Below are positions 8,420-17,226 of a DNA stretch of 64,000 nucleotides, one piece after another. Origin of the DNA: an uncultured Kiritimatiellota bacterium (lineage in GTDB: Bacteria; Verrucomicrobiota; Kiritimatiellia; RFP12; DVOR01); contig CALXMW010000001.1 of the NCBI GenBank assembly GCA_944389585.1, positions 155,435 through 219,434 on the forward strand. Direction: 5' to 3'. Under the pieces are notes generated by a model. It saw only the letters and a list, made by a program, of their open reading frames with translations, ran no database searches and was not told the origin of the DNA. Position numbers and translations under genes: made by a program. Every line of letters starts with the position of its first letter. The first letter of the stretch is position 1.

Positions 8420-10690
8420 TCAGCACAGGTCCACGGAGCCGGCGGAGACGGCGGAGACGGCGCAAAGGGAGGCGGGGCCGGTTGGCGCGGTGAGGTAGAG
8501 GCGGTAGGGGTGGCGGCCCTTGGCGAGCTTCATCGTGATGGAGCGGCCATTCGCACAATCGCCGGCCTCGTATTCCAGGATGTGGGCCTCATGGAGCCAC
8601 AGTTGGCACCCGCCCTCGCCTTTGGCCGTGAAGGTGACCTCGCGCTCGGCATCGGCCTCAATCCACCCCTCGACGGCCACACCAAAGGGAGCGTTCTCCT
8701 TGTCGAGACGGTCGCGCAACGCGGCGGCATTCTGAACGAGGAACCCGGCGTCGGGCTCGAGCGTGCGGAAGTTCGGCACCCAAGGCCAAGCATCCGCGCC
8801 CGTACGGAAGACCCGCACCTGAAGTTGCGGCAAGGCCCCGCGCAGAGGCGTCGCGGGCATTGCCATCCCATCGATGGTGCCATGTTGGTCGTTCCAGTAG
8901 CTCCCGAGCGCGCCGCAAGCGGCGGGCACCTTGCCGCAAGGCACGCGGCAGGCAATGAGCAGGTCAGTCATCCAACGCACGCGGTCGGGGTTGGAGGCGG
9001 CGAGGTTCTGGGTCTGACCCTCGTCCTCGACCACGTTGTAGAGCTCGACCGTCCCGGAGGCTCCGCGGTTACGGATAAGCACGTAGTCGCCGTCGCGCAC
9101 CATCTGCTCAAACTGGAAGTTCTGCTGGGAGCCGCCGTCTTGATACTCCGCATAAATCCGCATAGGCAACTGTCTTCCCTCTCCCATGAGGGTGGGCAGG
9201 AGCGACACACCATCGCAATGGGCGGGCTGGGGCAAACCCGCGACGTCGGCCAGCGTGGCCATCCACGCGGGGAACTGGAAGGGGAAGTCACTCGTGCGCG
9301 GCGTCTCCGTGCCGGAGGCGGGGACGGTGCCGGGCCAGAGAACGAATGTCGGTTCACGCAGACCGCCCTCGTAGCACCACCGCTTCATGCCCTTGAAGGG
9401 GCCATTAGAGTCGAAGGCGTCGTTCACCCAAGTGATATTGCCGGGGGAAAGGTATTCACCCGCAGGGCCGTTGTCGGAAGTGAAGATAAAGAGCGTATCC
9501 TTGTCCAATCCGCGCAACTCAAGGAAGTGGAGCAGGTCGCCCAGCGCCTCATCGATTCGCCGCACGTTGGAGGCGTAACGCTGTTGCGAAGCGGTATAGC
9601 CCTTGTATTCGTCGTAGACGTAGGTGTTGGAGGTCGCCTTGCCTTGCGCGTCCACGGCCCGGAAAGGCAAGTGGCCTTCCGCATCCTGCTCCCACGTCAC
9701 GCCGCCGCCCCACTCCTTATCCTCACTGAGGGCCGGATAGGCGTTGCCGGGGATGTGGAACTCCGTGGTCGAGCTAAGGTTCGGGTCGGCCTGGGTCCCC
9801 GACTGCCCCGCGCCGTGGCAGGTGGTGTAACAGGCGTAGCAGAAGAAGGGCGCCTCGCGCCCGGAGTCTTGGTGGGCCTTGATGAGTTGCTTGATCTTGG
9901 CGGTGAAGAGGTCGGTGTCGTAGCAATGGCGCACCTCGGCATCGGAGATCAACCGCCGCCAATAGTTGCCTTCCGCGTCCCGTTCCCAATCGGTCGCGCC
10001 GAGGGAGAGCCCCGCGTAGAAGGTATCGTCCTTGGCCTGGGCGGAGAGGTTCTCCACCAGGGGCGACCCCTGCTTCTGGGTACGCCAGTCGTAGCCCTTT
10101 TCCTTCCCTTCCCAATGGTAGAAGGAGTGGCCGTGGGCGTGGGCGGGATAGCCGTAGGAGTAATCGAAGCCCGCGTCGCACGCCATGGAACGGCGCGGCT
10201 GACCGCCGCTTTCGTAGCCGCCGCCGATGCCCCACTTGCCGATGTGCCATGTGGCGTAGCCGGCCTGCTTCATCACGGTGCCCAGGGTCATGTGCGCGTC
10301 CACGGGGCGGTCGAACATGTTGTCACGCAGGTTGCAGTTGCCCTGGTGCTTGCCTGAGACCATCGAGGCGCGGGCGGGCGCGCAGACGGGCGCGGTGGTG
10401 TAAGCGTTGGTGAGCATCACGCCCCGGCGCATCGCCGCGTCCAGGTTCGGCGTGTCGATGTGGATTTGGCCCGCATCCGCCCGGCGATTCTGCCAGAAGG
10501 CGCCCAGGTCGCCCCACCCCAGGTCGTCGCAAAGCACGAGGATGACGTTTGGCCGCTTGCCGTGGGCGGGGTTCGGCGCCGTCCCGGGGCGCACCGTCGC
10601 CTGCTCCTCGGGCCCGATGGCCCACATCGCGCCGGGGGCCGCGCAGACCGCGCACGCCCCGATCGCCTTCAAGAAATCCCGTCTGCGCAT
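8420..10690 (-). CDS. Cys-type sulfatase (arylsulfatase family) with a Tat signal peptide.
   Basis: Start taken at 'MRRRDFLKAIGACAVCAAPG' (twin-arginine motif). 'PNVILVLCDDLGWGDLG' and the 'CAPARASMVSG' C-x-P-x-R sulfatase signature. The longer upstream ORF extension is Gly/Arg-rich and judged spurious. Confidence 0.8.
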   Translation of the reverse strand: MRRRDFLKAIGACAVCAAPGAMWAIGPEEQATVRPGTAPNPAHGKRPNVILVLCDDLGWGDLGAFWQNRRADAGQIHIDTPNLDAAMRRGVMLTNAYTTAPVCAPARASMVSGKHQGNCNLRDNMFDRPVDAHMTLGTVMKQAGYATWHIGKWGIGGGYESGGQPRRSMACDAGFDYSYGYPAHAHGHSFYHWEGKEKGYDWRTQKQGSPLVENLSAQAKDDTFYAGLSLGATDWERDAEGNYWRRLISDAEVRHCYDTDLFTAKIKQLIKAHQDSGREAPFFCYACYTTCHGAGQSGTQADPNLSSTTEFHIPGNAYPALSEDKEWGGGVTWEQDAEGHLPFRAVDAQGKATSNTYVYDEYKGYTASQQRYASNVRRIDEALGDLLHFLELRGLDKDTLFIFTSDNGPAGEYLSPGNITWVNDAFDSNGPFKGMKRWCYEGGLREPTFVLWPGTVPASGTETPRTSDFPFQFPAWMATLADVAGLPQPAHCDGVSLLPTLMGEGRQLPMRIYAEYQDGGSQQNFQFEQMVRDGDYVLIRNRGASGTVELYNVVEDEGQTQNLAASNPDRVRWMTDLLIACRVPCGKVPAACGALGSYWNDQHGTIDGMAMPATPLRGALPQLQVRVFRTGADAWPWVPNFRTLEPDAGFLVQNAAALRDRLDKENAPFGVAVEGWIEADAEREVTFTAKGEGGCQLWLHEAHILEYEAGDCANGRSITMKLAKGRHPYRLYLTAPTGPASLCAVSAVSAGSVDLC

Positions 10691-10701
10691 GGTGTCGCTC
10701 C

Positions 10702-11748
10702 TTACTTCAACCGCAAAGTATAACCGCTTCCGTCCCACCGGCGCAAGGCCGCGCCCTCCGCGAAGACGAAGGGCCACGCGCGGTAGACCTCCAGACAACC
10801 CTGGACGACCATCGGCGCACCCTCCGTCGCCAGGGTGTCGAGCGTCAGCGTCCCGGCCTCCGTGGCCGCGCCCAGCCGCGCCCCGAGCGCCGCCGTCACG
10901 GGGCAGGAGAGGCGCCCATCCATCTGCAACACGCCCTTGTTCTCCACCCGAACCGTGACCTCCGGGGGAATGGCGAAGGCCGGCACCCACGGCTCGCCCG
11001 TGTCCGCGCCCTCCAGCGTCCCCTCCACCACGATGGCGCCCCTGCTGGAGCCGCCCTCGGCCACGCGCAGGCGCCGCGCCGACACCCCCGCCGGGACGGT
11101 CAGCGTGCCGCCGTCGAAGGCGACCGTCAGCTCCTCCGTGCCCGCTGGCCACGTCAGCCCATCCGCGCCGACCGTCAGCGGCGCCTCTTCCCACGAGAGG
11201 GACTTGAGGCCGAAATAGCAGCCCGCCGTGGCTTCGGTGCTGGCGTCCTCCGCCTTCTTGCGGCAGGAGACCGTCAGCGTCTCCCCCACCCCAAGGGCGA
11301 CCGTCTTGCCGAAGTCCAAGGTCACCCGGTTGTTCTGCGCGGCGAGGGTGGCCGCGCCCACGCAGGTCTGCGTCGCGGAGGCCGTCGCGCCGCCCACCGT
11401 TACCTCGAAGGTCGCCGTGCGCTTGGTGTCGGCACCCTGCGTGGTGCCAGAGGCGGAGAAGAGTCCCACATCCAACGTCAGCGTCTGAAAGATCGCCACC
11501 TCCGTCGCGCGGAAGGTCACCGTCCAGTAGCCCTCCGCGCCGGTCTGGATGTTGATGTTGGGGCTAAAGAAGGTCGCGTCCTTCGCCGCGTCGCCGGTGG
11601 CCATGAAGCCCACGTTCGGCTCCAACGAGACAAACTCCAGCGGGGTCGAGGCCGTGATACTTGTAGCCGTCTTCCCGGAAAAGGTGACTTCCACTGCGCC
11701 GGCCATCGCCGCCGCGCCCACCGCAACCATCATGAACCAACCTCTCAT
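10702..11748 (-). CDS. Secreted hypothetical protein (signal peptide, Thr/Gly/Ala-rich beta-rich domain).
   Basis: N-terminal 'MRGWFMMVAVGAAAMAGA' signal peptide. No recognisable catalytic motifs. AAGGAG RBS; 11-nt gap to the sulfatase start. Confidence 0.5.
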   Translation of the reverse strand: MRGWFMMVAVGAAAMAGAVEVTFSGKTATSITASTPLEFVSLEPNVGFMATGDAAKDATFFSPNINIQTGAEGYWTVTFRATEVAIFQTLTLDVGLFSASGTTQGADTKRTATFEVTVGGATASATQTCVGAATLAAQNNRVTLDFGKTVALGVGETLTVSCRKKAEDASTEATAGCYFGLKSLSWEEAPLTVGADGLTWPAGTEELTVAFDGGTLTVPAGVSARRLRVAEGGSSRGAIVVEGTLEGADTGEPWVPAFAIPPEVTVRVENKGVLQMDGRLSCPVTAALGARLGAATEAGTLTLDTLATEGAPMVVQGCLEVYRAWPFVFAEGAALRRWDGSGYTLRLK

Positions 11749-11829
11749 CGCCGACCTCCTCGCTTAGGATAAAAGGTGGGCGCGACCCCGACCGGAGCCG
11801 CGCCCGACCATTCGTGGGACTTGCCGCCC

Positions 11830-12498
11830 TTAGGCCACGCGGCGGCGGAGCGCCACACCCGCCACGCCCAGCGCGAGCAACGCCAACGCCGTCGGCTCGG
11901 GGAGCAGCGCGATCATGTCGGTGCCGGAGGCGACCCCCCCCACGGTGTAGAGCTCTGCACCGCGGAGCCCCGTCCGATAATGGACGAACGTGCCATAATC
12001 CTCGGATGCAGTGCCGTTTTCACCACCTATAGTGTTGTGCGTAAAGTCACTCAGCTTGTTGCCGTTCAGGTAGACCGAGTAGACGATCGTGCGCGTCCCG
12101 GAATCCCAGGCGTTGTCATAATCCACCGTGATGCCCAGCACGTTCTTCCCGCTCCGAAGGTTCCAACCAGACAGAGCAGCGGCGGTACCATTGGCCTTGT
12201 AGGTGACCTGCCCACCGTTGCTCCCCTTGGAAACATCGATGTACGTCCCGGTCGTAGAATCGTGTGCGGCAGTCCTGCTGTGGCCGATGCGCAACACCTT
12301 GGAAGCATTCTCCGCACTGTTGTACACGCTCGAATCGAAGACCAGCGCGACGGTGAAGTCCGTGCCATCGGTGAAAGAGGTCGAGAACGTCCCATCGGAG
12401 CCGGCAGTGGGGGTTGTCGCCCCACTCCACGAGACGGACACCGCACCGGCGACGCCGGCGGCGCAGAGGGCAAGGGCCAAAAAGCCGAGTTTCTTCAT
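11830..12498 (-). CDS. PEP-CTERM sorting-domain protein (exosortase substrate).
   Basis: Start chosen at 'MKKLGFLALALCAAGVAGA' (signal peptide). C-terminus 'LLPEPTALALLALGVAGVALRRRVA' is a canonical PEP + TM + basic tail. Confidence 0.8.
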   Translation of the reverse strand: MKKLGFLALALCAAGVAGAVSVSWSGATTPTAGSDGTFSTSFTDGTDFTVALVFDSSVYNSAENASKVLRIGHSRTAAHDSTTGTYIDVSKGSNGGQVTYKANGTAAALSGWNLRSGKNVLGITVDYDNAWDSGTRTIVYSVYLNGNKLSDFTHNTIGGENGTASEDYGTFVHYRTGLRGAELYTVGGVASGTDMIALLPEPTALALLALGVAGVALRRRVA

Positions 12499-12508
12499 GT
12501 TCGTTTTC

Positions 12509-12570
12509 CTATGCACGCGCTGGGAACCATTCCCAACGTTGCGCATAGACTATCACCTTTCCCCCCCCCC
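12509..12570. promoter_or_regulatory. 40-bp nested palindrome plus a C10/G10 homopolymeric tract directly upstream of the PEP-CTERM gene.
   Basis: CTATGCACGCGCTGGGAACCATTCCCAACGTTGCGCATAG (12509–12548, arms CTATGCRCG and inner TGGGAA/TTCCCA). Ten consecutive C at 12561–12570, about 65 nt upstream of the ATG. Confidence 0.5.
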
Positions 12571-12605
12571 GTCAAGCATAAAGACTTATTTAATTTGGCG
12601 GGGCG

Positions 12606-13670
12606 TCAAAGGTGGCGGAGGAGGGCTTCGCGGTCGGGGGCGTGGCGGAGGGCTTCTTCGGGGGAGACGATGCTGCGCTGGACGAGTTGGGCGAGGGAGG
12701 CGGTCATGGTGGTCATGCCATGGGCGGCGCCGGTCTCGATGAGGGAGAGGAGTTGGCGTTCTTTGCCGTCGCGGATGAGGGCGCGGACGGCGGGGGTGGA
12801 GACCATGATTTCGGCGCAGAGGGAGCGGCCGGCGTGGTTGGCCCAGGGGATGAGGCGTTGGGTGAGGACGACTTTGAGGTTGGCGGCGAGGCGTTCGCGG
12901 GTCTGGGCTTGCTCGATGGCGTCGAAGGCGGAGATGACGCGGGTGATGGTCTCGACGGCGCCGGAGGTGTGGAGGGTGGCGAAGGTGAGGTGGCCGGTCT
13001 CGGCGAGGGTGAGGGCGGCGTCCATGCTTTCGCGGTCGCGCATTTCGCCGAGGAGGACGATGTCGGGGTCTTCGCGGAGCGCGGCGCGCAGGGCGTGGTG
13101 GAAGCCGTGGGTGTCGTGGCCGACCTCGCGTTGGGAGACGAGGCAGGCGGCGGAGTCGTGGACGTATTCGACGGGGTCTTCGATGGTGAGGATGTGTTCG
13201 TGGCGGCGGAGGTTGATTTGGTGGAGGATTGAGGCGAGGGTGGTGGTCTTGCCGGAGCCGGTGGCGCCGGTGACGAGGACGAGGCCCTGGCGCATGTCGA
13301 CGATGTTGCGGAGGAAGGGGAGGGGGAGGCCGAGCTCCTCGAAGGAGAGGAAGCGATCGGGGAGGAGGCGGATGGCCCAGGCGAGGCGGTCGCGCTTGAA
13401 GAAGCAGTTGATGCGGATGCGTTTGCCGCCGAGGACGGTGGCGGAGGCGTCGAACTCGCGTTCGCGCATGAGGGCGTCGAGGTTGCCGCGGCCGATGAGC
13501 TTGGCGGTGAGTTCGGCGAAGGGTTGGGCGCGGAGGGGTTCGGGGAGGTCTACGGGGCGGAGGAAGCCGTTGACGCGGAGGCGTGGGGCGTCGCCTTCAC
13601 ACCAGTGGAGGTCGGAGGCGTTGGCCTCGGCCATGAGGGCGAAGAGAGGCTCCAGGCAGGCATCGGCCAT
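12606..13670 (-). CDS. pilT: PilT-family type IV pilus retraction ATPase.
   Basis: Start at 'MADACLEPLFALMAEANASDLHW'. Walker A 'VLVTGATGSGKTTTLASIL'. 'ILTIEDPVEY'. About 355 aa. The Ser/Pro-rich 5' ORF extension is judged spurious. Start abuts the secretin stop. Confidence 0.8.
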   Translation of the reverse strand: MADACLEPLFALMAEANASDLHWCEGDAPRLRVNGFLRPVDLPEPLRAQPFAELTAKLIGRGNLDALMREREFDASATVLGGKRIRINCFFKRDRLAWAIRLLPDRFLSFEELGLPLPFLRNIVDMRQGLVLVTGATGSGKTTTLASILHQINLRRHEHILTIEDPVEYVHDSAACLVSQREVGHDTHGFHHALRAALREDPDIVLLGEMRDRESMDAALTLAETGHLTFATLHTSGAVETITRVISAFDAIEQAQTRERLAANLKVVLTQRLIPWANHAGRSLCAEIMVSTPAVRALIRDGKERQLLSLIETGAAHGMTTMTASLAQLVQRSIVSPEEALRHAPDREALLRHL

Positions 13671-13671
13671 C

Positions 13672-15471
13672 TCACTCGGCCTCCGGTTCGGCAATCTCGC
13701 GGAGGAGGGCGGCGTCCGCCGGGGGCGCTTGCTCAGGGGCGGTGAGGGAGCGGGCCTGATTGATGAGCAGCGGGTCGGCGTCGATGGATTCATAGAAGCC
13801 ATGAGAGACGCGCTGGGCCTCGGCGGGGGTGAGGATGACGTGGGGACGGACGAGGACGATGAGTTCCTCGATGGTCTTGGTCTTGTTCTCGCGCTCGAAG
13901 AGGAGGGGGCCGATCCAGGGGATGTCGGCGAGGAGCGGGACGCGGGCGGTGGTCTCCTCGTCGATAGTGGAGACAAGTCCGCCGAGTGCGAGGGTCTCGC
14001 CGGACTTGGCGACGATGGTGGAGACGATGGATTGCTTGATGACGTCGGTGGTCTGGTATTCAATGCGCTCGGCCTCGGGGCCGTAGCTCATGTTTTTGGA
14101 GGGGCCCTCCTCGGCATTTTCCTGGAGGATGCGGATGGTGCAGGTGCCGTCGGCGTGGATTTTGGGGGTGATGACGAGGGTGGTGCCGATGTCGGTGCGG
14201 TCGATCTCGGCGGAGGTGGAAGTCGTGGGCGTGGCGGTCTCGGTGCCGGTGAAGGTGGTGGAGGTCTCGACGCTAAGGATGATGGAGGTTTCCTTGCCGA
14301 CGAAGATGCGGCTGGCCTCGTAGTCAGAGACCATGAGGTTGGGGGTGGCGAGACGGCGGACCTTGCCGTTCGAGTCGAGCCACTTGAGGCGCATGGAGAG
14401 CTTTTCGGAGAGGTATTGGACGGCGGCGGCGTTGGAGTTGAAGGTGCCGAGGGTGTCCATGGCGGTGGTGAGGCCGCCGATGGGGCCGTTGTCGTAGCCG
14501 CCGACGAAGCCGCCCTTGATGGGGGAACCGCCCTCCGAGCCGAAGAGGAGGTCGAGCTGACGGTCCTTTTCATCGGTGATGTCCAGGGCGAGGATTCGGA
14601 CCTCGAGGAGGACTTGGGGTTTGGGGCGGTCGAGCTTGGCGATGACCTCGCGGACCTGGCGGAGGGTGGCCTGGTCGGAGGAGCGCAGGAGGATGGCGTT
14701 GACGTCGCGGGCGACGGCGACGAAGACGACGCTGGGGCTGGCGGCGCGGGGCTCGCCGTCGGCGCCCTCGGAGACGATGGTGGCGTTGTCGCGGTTCAGG
14801 CGATCCATGTCGCGGTAGTAGTCACGGACGTTGTCCAGGCCGGTGAGGTTGGAATTGCGGCGGGAACGGCGGGAGGAGGAGCCGCCGGAGCTGGCGGCGT
14901 CGTCCTCGACCATGGTGGCGCGGTCGGAGAGTTGGTCCATGCGGTCGAGTGCGCGGTCGATGTCGCTGGCGGGGTCGCCATCGTCCTCCTCGGGGGCGTT
15001 GTAGACGACCATGTCGTTGAAGACCTGCTCGAGGCTGGCGGCGATGTCCTCGGCGCGCGGGTAGACGACGGTGACGACGTCGACGAACTTATGGCTGTCG
15101 CGCGAGGCATTGCCGACGTATTCCTCGAGGGTCTCGACGTAGATGACGCCGCTGTCGGGGTCTTCGCGGTACCAAAGGCCATGGGCGCGGCAGATGGCCT
15201 TGAGGGCGCTCATGCAGTCGATATCCTGCAGGAAGACGCGGGCGGAGATGGACTTGGCGGCGTCGGTGACGACGATGTGTCGGCCCCAGGCGTTGGAGAG
15301 GACCCACATGGCGTATTCCACGGGGGCCTCGCGCACCATGAGGGATTTGAGGCGAGGTTCCTGCCCGAAGAGTGAGAGCGGAAGCAGGAAAAGCAGGAGA
15401 ACGGAGAACGGAAAACGGAGAACGGAAACGCCCCTGCGGGGCGACGGACGGCGTTGGGGGAGCATCTTCAT
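13672..15471 (-). CDS. Secretin (GspD/PilQ family outer-membrane channel).
   Basis: Signal peptide 'VSVLRFPFSVLLLFLLPLSLFGQEP'. C-terminal secretin motif 'VPLLADIPWIGPLLFERENKTKTIEELIVLVRPHVI'. 599 aa. Confidence 0.8.
   Translation of the reverse strand: MKMLPQRRPSPRRGVSVLRFPFSVLLLFLLPLSLFGQEPRLKSLMVREAPVEYAMWVLSNAWGRHIVVTDAAKSISARVFLQDIDCMSALKAICRAHGLWYREDPDSGVIYVETLEEYVGNASRDSHKFVDVVTVVYPRAEDIAASLEQVFNDMVVYNAPEEDDGDPASDIDRALDRMDQLSDRATMVEDDAASSGGSSSRRSRRNSNLTGLDNVRDYYRDMDRLNRDNATIVSEGADGEPRAASPSVVFVAVARDVNAILLRSSDQATLRQVREVIAKLDRPKPQVLLEVRILALDITDEKDRQLDLLFGSEGGSPIKGGFVGGYDNGPIGGLTTAMDTLGTFNSNAAAVQYLSEKLSMRLKWLDSNGKVRRLATPNLMVSDYEASRIFVGKETSIILSVETSTTFTGTETATPTTSTSAEIDRTDIGTTLVITPKIHADGTCTIRILQENAEEGPSKNMSYGPEAERIEYQTTDVIKQSIVSTIVAKSGETLALGGLVSTIDEETTARVPLLADIPWIGPLLFERENKTKTIEELIVLVRPHVILTPAEAQRVSHGFYESIDADPLLINQARSLTAPEQAPPADAALLREIAEPEAE
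15378..15445. repeat. Copy A of a roughly 65-nt repeat: (GAGAACG)n heptads next to a GCCCCGCAGGGGC hairpin. It lies inside the 5' end of the secretin CDS and encodes the signal peptide.
   Basis: Plus strand 'gcggaagcaggaaaagcaggagaacggagaacggaaaacggagaacggaaacgcccctgcggggcgacgg'. About 90% identical to copy B at 24691–24766. Confidence 0.6.
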
Positions 15472-15477
15472 ATCAGG

Positions 15478-15993
15478 TCACCAGCGGAGGATTTGGGTGT
15501 CGTCGGGGCGGGTCTTGGAGTGATAGACCTCGATGTAGGTGGGGGCGATGGTTTTGACGTAGAGATAGAAGGTGTAGCGGGCGTTGGGGTCCTCCTCGGC
15601 GCGGGCGCGGCCACGGGGGATGGGGCGAGGCTCGCGCACCTGGTCGCCTTCATGGACGAGGGTTGGGTCCTCCTTCTCGCCCATGCGGACGAGGGCACTG
15701 GGTTTGCCCTGCTCGGGGATGGAGATGGCAAGGATGCGGAAATCGGCAGGCAGTTCGCCGGCGGCGGTGCGCGTGAGGCCGGTGCCGGGCATATCGGGAT
15801 CCTCCGCCGCGCCACGCGGGACGAAGGGATCGACAAGGCCGACCTCGGGGGTGCCATCCTCGTTCTTGAGGTCCTGGGGCGGGTCGGCAAGCGGAATCGC
15901 GGCGCGGACGGCGCAAGCCGCGAAGAGGCAGACGGCGAGCGCGAGTCTGCGCGGGGCGTGTTGGATGGGGTGTGCCATGGGGTTTCCTTTCAT
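15478..15993 (-). CDS. Hypothetical lipoprotein, positionally PilP-like (between the platform protein and the secretin).
   Basis: Signal peptide with 'LFAAC' lipobox-like cysteine. 171 aa. No conserved catalytic motif. Confidence 0.4.
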   Translation of the reverse strand: MKGNPMAHPIQHAPRRLALAVCLFAACAVRAAIPLADPPQDLKNEDGTPEVGLVDPFVPRGAAEDPDMPGTGLTRTAAGELPADFRILAISIPEQGKPSALVRMGEKEDPTLVHEGDQVREPRPIPRGRARAEEDPNARYTFYLYVKTIAPTYIEVYHSKTRPDDTQILRW

Positions 15994-15999
15994 TCGTTC

Positions 16000-17226
16000 T
16001 CATCCGGCCGTGGCGTTCATGGCGGCCATGCCCATGAAGAAGGCGATGTAGACGTAGGCGACCATGCCGCCGACGACAACGACGAGCGCGGGTTCGACCA
16101 GTTTGCCCAGCAGATCCAGGCGGCGGGCGAGGGCCTGGGCGTAGAAGTCGCCCACGTAGCGCAGGCCGTCGGCCAGGTTACCGGAGCTTTCGCCCACGCG
16201 GACGAGGGCCTTGGAGAGGGGGGAGAGATGGTTGAGCGCGGAGGCGGCGATGCCCTCGGAGAGCGGTTTGCCCGCCAGGACGGAGGCGCGGACGGCGGCG
16301 ATCTGACGGCGGTAAAAGGCGTTGGAGAGCGTGCCGCGGATGAGCGCGAGCGACTCAATCACCGAGATGCCGCTCTCCAGAAGGATGGCGAGGGTCTGGT
16401 TGAAGAGCGCGTTGCCGGAGAAACGGCCCACCTTGCCGAAGAGGGGAATCGAGAGGCCCACGCGGTCGAGCGCCAGGCCCACGCCTGGCACGTGGCGCAA
16501 CACCGCGACGGTCACGCCGAAGAGCACAGGGCCGAGGATGAGCCAGTAGCCTTGCGTCTTGACCCAATCGCTCGTGGTGAGGAGCGAGCGCGTGATGGGC
16601 GGGAGGGCGTCGGGGTTGCCCATGACCGAGGCGATTTGGGGAATGGCGACGGTGCTCACGTAGTAGCCCACGCCCAGGCCCATGAGCACGACGATGGCGG
16701 GATAGGTCAAGGCTCGGATGATTTCGTTGCGGAGCTTGCGGCGGTTCTCCATCAGGCCCACGCAGTAGCTGAACATCCGCGGCAGGGCGCCATTGGCCTC
16801 GCCCACGGCAATGAGGCCCAGGTAAAGCTCGCCGACCCACGGCATGGCCGCGCGCATCGCCTTGGCCAACGAGGCGCCGCCGCGCACGGCTTGGGCCGTC
16901 TCCCAGAGCGCCTGGGCGAGGTAGCCCTTGGCCAGGCCGGCGGCCGTCTCGAAGGCCTCGACCACCGCGACGTCGCCGCGCAGAAGCACCACCAACTGCA
17001 TGAATGTCTGCTCGATGGACGACTGCGAAATCAGCCAGCGGCTCAAGGCGCGGTCGAAGGCGTTGCGGGGACGCAACGTCTTGCCGCGCAGGGGCGCGGG
17101 TTCCACGCTCACGGGTGTCAAGCCGCGTTCACGGAGCGTGACGCGGGCGGCTTGGGCATCGTCCGCCTCGATGAAGTCCGAGACCTTCCGGCCGGCATGG
17201 AAAGCGATGTACTTGAAGCGCGTCAC
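16000..17226 (-). CDS. gspF: Type II secretion / type IV pilus inner-membrane platform protein (GspF/PilC family).
   Basis: 408 aa with duplicated GspF-type domains and 3 TM segments. 'MTRFKYIAFHAGRKVSDFIEADDAQAARVTLRERGLTPVSVEP' N-terminus is typical of PilC/GspF. Confidence 0.75.
   Translation of the reverse strand: MTRFKYIAFHAGRKVSDFIEADDAQAARVTLRERGLTPVSVEPAPLRGKTLRPRNAFDRALSRWLISQSSIEQTFMQLVVLLRGDVAVVEAFETAAGLAKGYLAQALWETAQAVRGGASLAKAMRAAMPWVGELYLGLIAVGEANGALPRMFSYCVGLMENRRKLRNEIIRALTYPAIVVLMGLGVGYYVSTVAIPQIASVMGNPDALPPITRSLLTTSDWVKTQGYWLILGPVLFGVTVAVLRHVPGVGLALDRVGLSIPLFGKVGRFSGNALFNQTLAILLESGISVIESLALIRGTLSNAFYRRQIAAVRASVLAGKPLSEGIAASALNHLSPLSKALVRVGESSGNLADGLRYVGDFYAQALARRLDLLGKLVEPALVVVVGGMVAYVYIAFFMGMAAMNATAG

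Noticed and set aside
8420-10690. Anaerobic sulfatase-maturating enzyme or FGE partner for the Cys-type sulfatase.
   Set aside because: None is encoded in the window. The radical SAM protein at 27564–28874 has HemN-family motifs rather than the anSME SPASM architecture, so it was not linked to the sulfatase.
11776-15375. Very long ORFs listed in the six-frame track (11776..15375, 1199 aa; 2216..4429; 5627..7828; 8096..10357; 38246..41476; 53599..58140, 1513 aa; 59913..63701, 1262 aa; and others).
   Set aside because: Their translations are low-complexity Gly/Ala/Arg/Pro/Glu-rich with no motifs, and they run antisense to or frame-shifted over genes with clear conserved motifs (secretin, PilT, BamA, the RND pump, galK and so on). 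At about 70% GC, stop codons are rare in alternative frames, so these are compositional artefacts.
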